Positions 25,669 to 37,100 of a DNA stretch of 64,000 nucleotides are shown here, one piece after another. Source of the DNA: Mytilus trossulus (taxonomy: Eukaryota). The notes under the pieces are model-generated. The model saw only the letters and a program-made list of their open reading frames with translations, had not been told where the DNA came from and ran no database searches. The stretch lies in NCBI RefSeq assembly GCF_036588685.1, contig NC_086376.1:83265014-83329013 (forward strand), given 5' to 3'. A program made the translations under genes and the position numbers. Within the stretch, counting starts at the first letter, position 1. Each line of letters opens with the position of its first letter.

Positions 25669-27350
25669 TTAGGACTCTTTTAGTTCTGATGTTCATAATG
25701 TATTATTTAGTTTGCTTCCATCATTTTTTATCTTCAGCATTATTGATGAAAGTTATTTAAGACACATGTATCATACTTGTGCATTGCTTATCTGTAATGT
25801 ACAATATTGTAAGAATACTGGTAAACATGGAATGAATGAAAACGGCAAATAATCCTAGTATTTACATTTAAAATGAATTAAAACTTTTGATTCAGACTGT
25901 ATTCCATAAAGTTTTAAATAAACAATTGTAATGGTAATGAAATATTTTGAGGACTGTCCTGATTCATATTTTGTTGCATATTTCTATGGCCAGTTGGCAA
26001 TGTTTAAAATAGAAATGGTTAAGGGCTTTTCAACCTTGATTTGATTGTTATTAATTGTGCATGTGGGAAATAAATAACTGACAATCAATAAATTGATAAA
26101 ATTTATAAATAACAGATAAAACAGATTATATCATGTTGTTTATCTAAAATATTCTCATTTTTATTGTTATTGACATTTTTTTGTTGATAAATTTAAGTTG
26201 CAGTCATACACTACCATCTGGTGATGTTTATTTGAACTCTAAGCTTCATGTGATACAAATAAACCTATTCTCATCACAAGACAAAAAGATTTTGAGAACA
26301 TTTGTCAATATTTCCTATAAAACTTGCACTTTCTGTTTTTACTGGTGTTAAAGAAGCACTGATACCCCTAATTGTTTTTTTACTTTTAAAGCTTAAAGCA
26401 TGGCTTTCAGATACTGTGAACCAGTCTTTCATGTAAATGTGTAGGACATCTTTTATTGCTTCAAGTTGACCTTCATTCAACCTAAACCATATAAATGAAC
26501 TAACAGTATAAAAATCTGCTCATCAAAAGTTCAATGTCTTAAAATGTTAAAAAAAACCATCTCATTAAATTATATTCCCAAACTACTTTTATTTTAGCAG
26601 AACACTGAGAACAGATAATCTAAACGCAATCAAAAGAAAGTTCAAAGTATGTGCCTATATATCATGTAGTATTTCTTTTAATCAATATCATCCACCTAAA
26701 CAAAAACTTTATCAGACTTAAATAATATAACCTGGTCAATGTACATAAAAAATCTACAATGGATTATTCTTTTGAAAGTAGGTCAAGACATGAATTACAG
26801 GTAACTAAAGTAAATACTAATTTGTCAATATAAAGGTTTGTTTATGATATGTTGACAAGGAGTCAGTTGGTGCTCAGATAAATTTTCCCTTTGGATTCAG
26901 TTTTTACTAGTCTAAACCCATTTGATGATTACAACATTTGTGTTATGTCATAGGAATATATTTATAAGGCATTACTCAACTTATTAAATAAAGCTATACA
27001 AGTGGTCTAGGGCACCAGACACAGTCCCAGATTATGTTGCCAGGATGTCAAGGCAGCAAGGGTTCCAATGAGGGAAAACAAAACTTTTCTGATGCAAATT
27101 TGCAGATCTAACATTGTTTCTCTTCTTTATTTGCAGTCCAGACCAAACTTCCCAAGTTCCATTTCAGTAGACCTACATTTTTATACATTTTTGTTTGATA
27201 TTTTGTTTAATTATTCTCATGCAAGAGGCTCTGTGTTGAAGGCTGTACTTGGATGGAGAGTTATCTCAATGGCACTCATACCACATTCTATATACAACAA
27301 TCAATAGCTGATTAATGTTTCTCATGCAGTTTCATAATAATCTCCCTCAC

Positions 27351-27468
27351 CTTATCAGATTCTGATCCCATTAAGGGTTCTGACAGAGCATCTACGTCTA
27401 CGGCCTGAGCTCCTACTTTCAGGAAACTATATGATCCTCTAGTGTAAGGGTTATTTCCCCATCTGGTC
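27351..27468 (-). CDS. Polyamine oxidase (SMOX/PAOX-like), coding exon 4 (118 nt; RTRWGNNPYTRGSYSFLKVGAQAVDVDALSEPLMGSESDK)
   Basis: WG.NPY.RGSYS motif, the conserved C-terminal substrate/FAD region of the PAO family. Strong acceptor ctttctttttcag| (plus 27469-27471); donor AAG|GTGAGG (plus 27345-27350); phase-0 end. Confidence 0.8.
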
Positions 27469-28088
27469 CTGAAAAAGAAAGGTAAGAATATATACAAATG
27501 ACCATTTATATACAATAGTTTTTACTGTTTAAAAAATAATGTAGTCTCTCTCTGAAGTCAAGTGTTCAGGTAGGGATTTCGAATCTCCAGTCCTATTTCA
27601 GAGATATGTGATCAACCAAAATAAGAGTTATATTCTACATAAAAAATATGTATAACATCCACAGGCTTTTTCAATTAATCACATTCAAGGTCCAAAAAAC
27701 GAACTTATGAGAAATTTTGGAAATGCTTCAGAATATTCTTTTTATCTTTTTCATTAATTACCCTCATTTCACTAACCTACTTTATAGTCTATTTTTGTAA
27801 AGACAATAGCTATCATGTCAAAACCCATTATGCAACAGAAATCAATATATGGACCTGATTAATAAGTCATTTACTATGGTATATAATACATAAAGTCTGT
27901 TACTATTCCATGTAAATTAATTGGTCAGACACTGTCCAATAAATCAACTTTCTAAAGAGAAAATAAATCAGTCATAGATACAATGCACCATAGAAAATAA
28001 TAGCAAATGTCACAAATTCATTACCCTTACACATGCAGACACAAAAACCTCTTTTAATATGGCCCCTTCAATATTTTCTGGACTTTAA

Positions 28089-28338
28089 CCCGTTTCTCCA
28101 TGGAATTTTTTTGCTCACATGTATTAATGCATTGTGAAAATAAATATTTCATCAATGAAATTCCAGTCAGATGTTCTCATGAATATCCTTTTTATATGAT
28201 ATATAAACTTTATTAAGGCTGATACAGATTTTTCGTAGGTAAGACAAGATGTTTAAACTGAGGCACTACACAGGCAACAAAAGGCTTCATTATGAAATAA
28301 AGGGGTGGCCTCAAAAGGCATCATTATGGAGGCAAGGG
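28089..28338. mobile_element. Second copy of the piggyBac-like MITE (TTAA|CCCGTTTCTCCATGG ... ATGGAGGCAAGGG|TTAT)
   Basis: Collinear with the 47278-47575 copy over its whole length (ttcatcaa..ctttattaag..actgagg.actacacagg). The 5' TSD TTAA is intact; the 3' TSD has degraded to TTAT. Confidence 0.55.
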
Positions 28339-31300
28339 TTATTAACTTAAAAATATTTTGGTTTGCCCAAACCCTACCCAAAGGTTGAGACAGTGAGTAG
28401 GTAGGTAGGCATTTTTTATTTTTTTTTTCAAAAAAAGAAATTGAAGTATCAGAGGTTTCTTAGTCTTCATGCCTATTTGATTAAAAAAAACCTTCTTCAA
28501 ATCAGGACAATAAAAGAATTTGAGTAGCCAGCTTTTTTCTAGGTAGGTAGCATTTGGGCAAACAAACCTATTATTTATTTTGGCCTAATGAGAAACAGGA
28601 TTTTTTTTCTGTTCAAGCATATAATATTTGGCTGTGTTTCTAAATACAGTGTGCTTCAGACGAACTTGCTTGATTAGGAAGCAGCAAATGACAATAGTAA
28701 GGTCATTGGTTTATACATGATTCTAAACCTGGAACCCTTCACCATGCCATCTTCTGATGAAACACTTTACTTATAAGTCCTTTGTAGTATTTAGACTTGA
28801 TAGACTTGAAATGAATTAAGAGGATTGTTTCACAGTCCAATTAATAAAAAAGATCTTCTTCAATGCTAAAAGAAAATAACTTGTGTGAAAATCATCACTC
28901 AATAACGTTTTCAAGACTCGTAACAATCCCTCATAAATTGATAATACTTATTTCTTGACGTATTTCCTTTTCTGCTTAACTTCCTGTATTTGTTTGTGTG
29001 ACTTCTTTAAGATGTTTAATTCTCAGAATAAAATCTTCATTTGAAGCTAAAAGTCCTTCAAAAGACTTCAATCAAACCCTTTTTTTCTTCCTTCTTGCAT
29101 TTATTTGAATAAATTCAGAAGAAATTTGCAAATTTCACCCAAAAATTTTTATAATTTTTTTCTTTTGTATGTGAAGATCTGTCATATCAACAGACAAAAA
29201 CATCATAAGATATCTGTTATCATTTGAATACTATTAATTCAGAAATTATTGTGTGGTTTTTATTAATGCAAATAATGCTGGGTGTGTTTGCAACAAGAAC
29301 TCGCAATCAGATACATGTATATCATGATGCAGATTATCTTGCAATTGCAATAAAAAATGTTGCATTTTTGTCTTTTCTTCAAAAATCGCAACAATACCTG
29401 CACACAATATCTGTAATTACAGAAGCTCTAACCCAATAGCCCGCTGTTGCATCAATTACCTACTAATGAACTTAAGTAGTCATGTTTTACAGTAGATTTA
29501 ATTACCTGACCAGGTATCAATATAACAATTAAGAGATCATTTAATAGAATTCCTAACACTTGATAACATTTGGACAACTGCCAATATTAGTCAACTTTTA
29601 ACTTTCATTTATATACTTACTGGCCTTTGGTGAAAGAGATAATACAAATATAGTTTATTTACCAACATTCATGTGACAACTAAGGATACAATGGTTGAGA
29701 AATAAGGCTTTGAACTTATACAAAATTATTGTCTTTAATCTAGAACAGCTCTGACCGACCTTTACTCAACAGTCAAAACATCACATGGCAGAAACACTAA
29801 TCATTAGTGGAGGAAAAAAATAATATGCATACACACATCAGAAAAACCAATGTAGTGAAGAACTGATTGGAACAAACAATTGCATGATTAAATATTGTGC
29901 AATAACCATGATAAAGTAATTTTTAGATACCAGATAAAAATTAAAGATTGCATTTCAAGTTTGGTATCTCTACAAGCATGCTAATATCTTTCTTTCTTAT
30001 CCACGTAAAGTACTGGAGTACTTATAAAGACTAGGAAACATGAACTGCTCACTACACAAGGAAGGTCCTTTTTTTCTTTTTTGCACAACAAATCTTACAA
30101 TAAAAACACAATTGATAGTATTTTATGCTGAAATGTATATTTTTTCATCAGATTGTTTGTTAAAAAAAAGTTGTTGATTCATGAGGTGTTGTGCAGAATA
30201 GAATTATACTTTTTCTGCTTATGATCAAAACATGATGTGAAGGATAGAGAGGTGTATCATATCTCTGTTTGTACAAATAAAACATAATTTTTCCTATCAA
30301 GGTTCAAGCAATGGGATAAAATAACAAGGATATACATGTAACAGAGTTCAATGATTACTGCATATGATCAGAACAACAAATGGTCTAAGTCATTGCAACA
30401 GAATCTACCCCAAAAAATAAATTATCCGGTAAAACCATTATGAATACAGGACAAGGACTTCTGTTTTATAACATTTACAGTACAACAAATACATTTTCAT
30501 ATCAAACCTCAAAAGTAATTTGTTTATTCATAAGACAAATTTCTAAGGATTGTGTAATACAAAAACATTTCCCTGTACATTGTACCACAAAGTCAGGAAC
30601 CTTGTGGTTTCCATTTATTTATAAAATCCTTTAAATACAGCTTAATGTTCTGCATTTTAAGTTTTAGCCTAAATGGCAACTCTTTGGTAGCCACAAATTT
30701 TCTGAACACAAGACAAGTAAAACTTTAGACCATTAAAGTGTGGCATGTGGTACAGACTTGTCTATTGTTAAAGACTGGGAATTTTATTGGTGTTTTGTTG
30801 TTTTTCTATCTTAAAGGTTAACCTCATATACCATACAGCTATGCTGTTAATAAAAATACCCTTTTAAAATATAGACTTCTATAAACTTATAAAATAAAAA
30901 AAGATAATAAACAACAGTTCAATGACTTTGAATTTATATGTTTTGTGAAAAAAACTTTACCATGAAGTTAATTATAGTGAAATAAATTTGTATAATGTCT
31001 AGGGCCAGGCGGATCTGAAAATTTGTTTACACTTGAGGCAAAATTTTGTTTTGAATGACATAAGGTTAAATTTGCCTAATAGTGCATAACTACTGTCTAC
31101 CATGATCTACAGAAATTTAAACTGGAATTTAACATATGTAATACCTTTTCACTTAGCTTTGTTGATCAGATTATTTTTTACCAATTGCTAAAACCTGGAT
31201 TAAAATAGTTAATCTAATTACATGTACTTTAATTCAAATTCCAGAAATACCAAAAGTACAAAATCTCAATAGTTTTATCTAGGAAGGTGTATATGTTAAT

Positions 31301-31498
31301 TCAAGAAATCTCAATGTTTTACAATGAAAGTTGTAGATTTTTTCTAGTGTTACGTATATGAATCAAACATGGGTTTTGTTGGTTTTTATCTCTATTTAAT
31401 TAGATAGGCAAAATAATCATACACAACAGTCTAGAATTGACTCTTTAATTTGATAGATGTACAGAATTCTAATAACCAACATTTATGTACTGTACACA

Positions 31499-32015
31499 AG
31501 AATTTAAATTTGAATATCGTCGCTGTTATGCAAAAACCTCGTATCTCAATTTTTTGCGGAAATCTTTTTATCGATTATTTTGGATTAAGTATGTATGTTC
31601 CATTGTATGCGAAAATATCTGATCTTCTAACCAATCATTAATACGAATTCTGACATATGACGAAAAATTGTAGTCGGATTGGTGAGACATTATGTTGTGC
31701 GAAAATATCGTATTTCAAAAGAAAAACACTTTGCCCGGCAGCTGACATTATAACAGGAAGAGTTTAATCAATTTCGGGTTCGCAACGCTAATATATTAGC
31801 TTAAGAATAAGGAAAAGCTTTGAAAATACAATATAGTAGCAGAAAGTTTTGCTCGTCTTGGTAATTGATTGGTTAAAAGATCAGATATTTTGGCATACAA
31901 AGGAACATACATATTTAATTCTAAAAAAGCGATAAAAGATTTCAGTTTTTACTGCCTGGTGTAAAATTATCAAAACCTTAGATACGAGGTTTTTGCATAA
32001 CAGCGACGATATATT
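31499..32015. mobile_element. Foldback/MITE element with about 140-bp terminal inverted repeats (31499-31640 vs 31858-32015)
   Basis: aatatcgtcgctgttatgcaaaaacctcgtatctcaa ... ttagatacgaggtttttgcataacagcgacgatat, and tgcgaaaatatctgatcttctaaccaatca vs tgattggttaaaagatcagatattttggcata. Confidence 0.75.
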
Positions 32016-32359
32016 TCAAGTAGTGTAAAGGATTTCAATGAATTTTCTGTTCAGTACACTGGGTTATGACTGTGCAACAGGAAAAATAAAATCAAAATTA
32101 ATTCCAAGTCCATATCATAAGATTTTTTTTTTCAAAAAATGTCAAATCAGACAGTCTACAATATATATTACAATCAACTGATCATTTTATCAATTTTCCT
32201 TCAAGGTACATGCTGTAAACATGACTGTCTACATGTATGTTCACTTAACTGGAACATGCTTTGATTTTTAAATATCCCTATAAAAAGTAATGAAATAAAG
32301 TAGGCACTGTCAAAGTTCAGTACATAAAGGTTAATAAATCATTCTTCCCCGACGAGAAG

Positions 32360-32595
32360 AAATTCATGACTTCATGAACTATCATGAATGGTTCGTGAAT
32401 GTTCATGAATGGTACATGAAAATTCATAAATAATTCATAAATGAAGGTTCATGAATTTAATTCATGAACTGTTCATTAAAAGTATTTTATGAATGTTCAT
32501 GAAGTTTTGATGAATCACTAGCTGCTCATAAAAATTCATGAAATGTTCATTAACAGTATTTATGAATGTTCTTGAAGTTTTGATGAATCACTAGG
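32360..32595. repeat. Dense array of the palindromic motif (G)TTCATGAA(C), HSE-like nGAAnnTTCnnGAAn architecture, cluster 1
   Basis: About 20 occurrences of TTCATGAA/ATTCATGA in 235 bp, including a roughly 65-bp internal tandem duplication. Confidence 0.85.
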
Positions 32596-33433
32596 TGTAA
32601 CATTTATAACTTACATCACTCGTATAAATGAGTATCATAGGTACTGTTTCGACCGTTTAAAGTAGAACATTTTACCTAATTATTCGTGAAATATCATAAA
32701 TGTATGGTGTTTTTATTTTTTTATTCCTGCAAAATAAAAAAATAAAATAAGATGAAATAGAAGTTGTAGCTGTATTTTAAGATAGATATTATATACAAAA
32801 CTAAAATTTTAAAAGGAAAACGTATATTTTAATGAAAGTGAAATACATTTTCAAAATATTCTCAAACACCCATATTAAGGGGAAGTAACTCTTGTGATTT
32901 TAAATTTCTACAAACCGGCAAACCCCGCAAATCGGCTGTTTCCGTAGTCCAACGGTCGACCGATTTTGAGAAGTTCACTGAAATACCATAACAGGGACGA
33001 ATCAACTTCGGGCCGATATTATATGGGACGAGATTGACACCTTGACTTCAACGCACTTGCAAATATGACGTCATATGATTACGCTGGATAACAAAAATGG
33101 AGAATCCAAACGCAGATGTTTTCAGATAAGTATTTGATTTAACATATAATGATTATGAAATACAATTTGTTGAGGCAATATAAAACATTTAGGATTTTAA
33201 TCTGAGCAAAACATCAGAAAGTTTAGGCAGACAATAAATTAATGAAGAATGATAAATTGATATATTGTTGTCACATTCATAACAGACATATCGTAATCTG
33301 ACATGTAAATGGTACATGGGTATATATGATAATCTGATATGTAGAAATTAAATTGTGTGAATAATATTCATCGTAAATTAACTTGGTGAAACGTTAATAA
33401 TAATTTAAGTCGCCAGTTTCATCTTCAAGGGTT

Positions 33434-33438
<5 letters not shown>

Positions 33439-33468
<30 letters not shown>
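33439..33468. repeat. Homopolymer poly-G run (30 nt)
   Basis: Direct reading. It sits between the two TTCATGAA arrays. It could be genuine (G4-prone) or a two-colour-chemistry poly-G assembly artefact. Confidence 0.9.
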
Positions 33469-33469
<1 letters not shown>

Positions 33470-33811
33470 ACTAAATTTGAGTTTAACTTAAACTTCCAAT
33501 GCAATTTAAGATGCATAATGCTGTTTCTATTGAATGTATTGCTTCATACAATCATTACCTCTTGAACAATTGATTCTTTGTGGATATTTTTGTACTTTTA
33601 GGGGATTAAATATGAGCTGCCAGCAATGATATGAAACAGATTTTATGCAGACTCCATTTTAATACCTTTATTCAGCAATTATTGTTGGAAATACAGAGAC
33701 AGCAAGTTTTGAATTACAGAAAGGAAGAGAAGTTTATATATCACACATAATTTTTATATTAGTTAATCAGTTTGTGGATTTACCAGTGATAATTCCAGTG
33801 GAATCTACTGG

Positions 33812-34130
33812 AACAATTCATGAACAAGAAAGGTTCATGAACATTTAAGTGTTCATGAACTTCAATGTTCATGAACAATTTATGAACAAAGTTCAAGAAC
33901 AATTCATGAACAAGAAAGGGTTCATGATCATTGTTGTTCATGAACATTTAAATGCTCATGAACCTTTCTTGTTCATGAATTGTTCATGAACATTAAAGTT
34001 CATGAACATTACTGTCGATTTTCAGTTCATGAATTGCTCATCAAATGTTCATGAAGATATGATGAACTGTTCATGAAATATGTTCATGAACAGTTCATGA
34101 AATGTTCATGCATATTCATGAATTATTCAT
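33812..34130. repeat. Dense array of palindromic GTTCATGAAC motifs, cluster 2, containing a roughly 50-bp-arm perfect-ish hairpin (33811-33860 vs 33935-33984)
   Basis: gaacaattcatgaacaagaaaggttcatgaacatttaa.tg.tcatgaac and its reverse complement about 75 bp downstream; more than 20 TTCATGAA cores. Confidence 0.85.
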
Positions 34131-37100
34131 TATCATCTCACAGGGGTTCCATTCTGATGATTCTGAAAGTACCATCATATATCAATTAGGCAAGCTAAAT
34201 AAATAAAAGAATATAAGAGAATCCTCTACTTATTCAGATCTAAACTTTACAACCTGATATCCTTTTAATCCCAAACCAATTAATTCTGACTTATTTATTG
34301 AGTTACACCTCCATCATATAAGCTGTGAAAAATAAGGTCCTGAGAGGTCTGAATTCAGTACTAATTAACATAATGGTGTACTAATACCATAACTGTGACG
34401 CTTTGTTATAGAACTAGATGTACTGTAAAACACGAACAGTGTAAATTCTATTATAGACTTATACACCCAAAAATCTGCTTATAATCTAGACGGGGCCGTA
34501 TTATTTCATAGCAACAAAAAGATGGTCAATGATAACACTCTCTTCACAGCCATTCAGAGGATAGGACATAAAATAACTATATAAACACTTAAGAAGCAAT
34601 TTGATAAGTGACCATTAGACTGTAACATTATGTTTCATAAATGAACAAATATGCTAGAGTTGTCTTTCTTCTTAAAAAAAACTGCAGTGTCTTAGACTGG
34701 ATTCTGATTTCTAGACATGTAAAAATTGCTTTTTTAAACAAGATACAAAATAATTTCTTTAAAATGTTTGCAAAAATATACTTTTAGATAGTTTCCTGCA
34801 ACTGGATTTACCCAACTTGATAAATTCTCAACTTGTCAATCATTTTCATTGAGTATCAGAAATGTCTTCAACAAGTTCTCCTACTATGTATTTGTCTTAT
34901 ATAATTATGCTTGACTCGTATGGGTGACATATGCAGTAAATAAATAAAATATGTGCATTAAATTGTAACAAGGACATCATTTCTGGTTTACTATATCTCT
35001 GTTTGTCACTGAAGATGACAATTTTATGATAATTAAGTTTAAATTAGATTTAATGTACTTATCAAAGGAAGAATTTCAAAATACCACTTTGGATACATGA
35101 TGAAATGTTGTCTGTCCACAATATTTTCATATAAACCATACATGTAAATGACTCATGATAATTAGGCCTTATGAATAAACAATAGATTTCCTGAATTCTT
35201 AAATGCAAACAAATCTAGTTTAGTAAATTTAACAATTATCATACGCAGCAAAAAGTTGTCATTAAAGATAGATCATAATGTGTACAAGTAAACCACAAAA
35301 TTATAATCAACTGTAAAAAACAAATTAATAACAAAAGAGGACACACAGAAATGTCTTGCACAGGTAAATGAGATCTTGATTCTAACAAGTTCATGGTCAG
35401 TAATTAGAAAGTAACAGAATAAATAAGCAAAATCTTATTTACTGAATTATGAAAATGAGGTCAAGGTGAAGTTTAACCTGCTGGACAGACATTTAAACAT
35501 GTATTAAAAGGATGATTTGAAATAAATTTGATTTGTCCATGGTATGCTTTCAAAAGTAAAGGTTCACTAAAAAAATCATATCTAGTTGTGACTGATTGAG
35601 GAAAAGGAAGAGTTTTACTGTTTTATAATTTTAATAATATTCATTACACATATATGTACATGCACCAGCTCAAGTCACTTTTAAGTAGTATATCAAATTT
35701 AAAAATATCAAATTCCATTTGGCAACATATTGCACTATGCCAATATATTATATAATTAGATTAATAAGTTTTACTCATAATCAATACCACCATTTTTGAT
35801 GAAAATTCAAATTCTAGGAAAAATTACAATATAATTATCTTGAAACTAATAAACAATTGATGTACTCTTGAGCTTTATCATGCAGACAAAGGGAAGGGAG
35901 GCCGTTGTTTACAGGTTTATCCTGTTTATTCAGTCAGTCTCTTCCTGTTCAAAACATGACCATCAAGAGCATGTCTTCCTCTGATTTAAACATACTACAT
36001 ATTTAAAAACAACCAAAAAAAAATCAATCAACCAAAATTATCTAATTTCCAATACAGGTATAATTTTTTTCCAAGTAATCCACAATTTCCTTGTTTTCCT
36101 GTAATTCTCAGCCTGTTGCATTTCAATTAAGTCATGCCTGATTCTGGTTACTCATAATTACTGAACTCAAGTGTGTTTCCAAGGACTGATTTGAACCAAG
36201 CAACAATGATAAAATTGAATCATAAATTTATGAAACGCTTTGCTTTAAACATACTAGACAAAGGAATATTTAAATTCGTAAGAGACGCAAACATTAACCC
36301 CACACCTTGACAGATGCCACAAAAATGTGGCGCAATCTTTGTTATAGTAATTTACATTTTCACTGTTACTAATCTAGTGTAGGAGTAAAAATCGATAATC
36401 ACATAACATCCTGCCAACAGATGAATATTTCCCTTTAAATGTAATTTTTGTGTCATAATTTAATTTAGATTTTAAATTTTGGAATAAAAGAACAAGCATG
36501 AGGAAGTTTAAGCAAGGACAAATAAACATAAACTTGATTTAATACTTAGAAATGTACTTAGCCCACCCATTACATGTACGCAGAATTGTTTGTCTAGTAA
36601 CTGGGACTGTTGACTTCATGACAAACATTTAAATCTTCATATTTCACAACACATCATCAACAAGTCAAATAACTAGGTCAAAACTTCATAATCCAATATG
36701 TTATGAAATGATAGAAACGAAATTTTACTTTCAAATAAGTATTTCTAACTTTTAACATCACATATGTTGTGTCAGATACAATTTTGATATTATTGATTGG
36801 AACTATTGTTTTCGAATAATCTTTATCATTAGATCAGCTAGGTCAAGTGTTTGAATAAATATATATATTTCACATAATGTGTGAATGGCATATGTCTAAT
36901 CGCTGTTATTGTTTAGCTTCAAAAGAGAAATCAATTTCAAATATATAGATTTCTTTTCATAACATGTGTGTGGATATTTGTTGACATTGGCAAATATAAC
37001 TATGTACAGACTGAAACATATTTGTTTATCTTCAAGGTCAAGAAGAGGGATTTGCCAGCTTCATGTATATATACAATAGAATTCACTGTCTGACCAAAAA

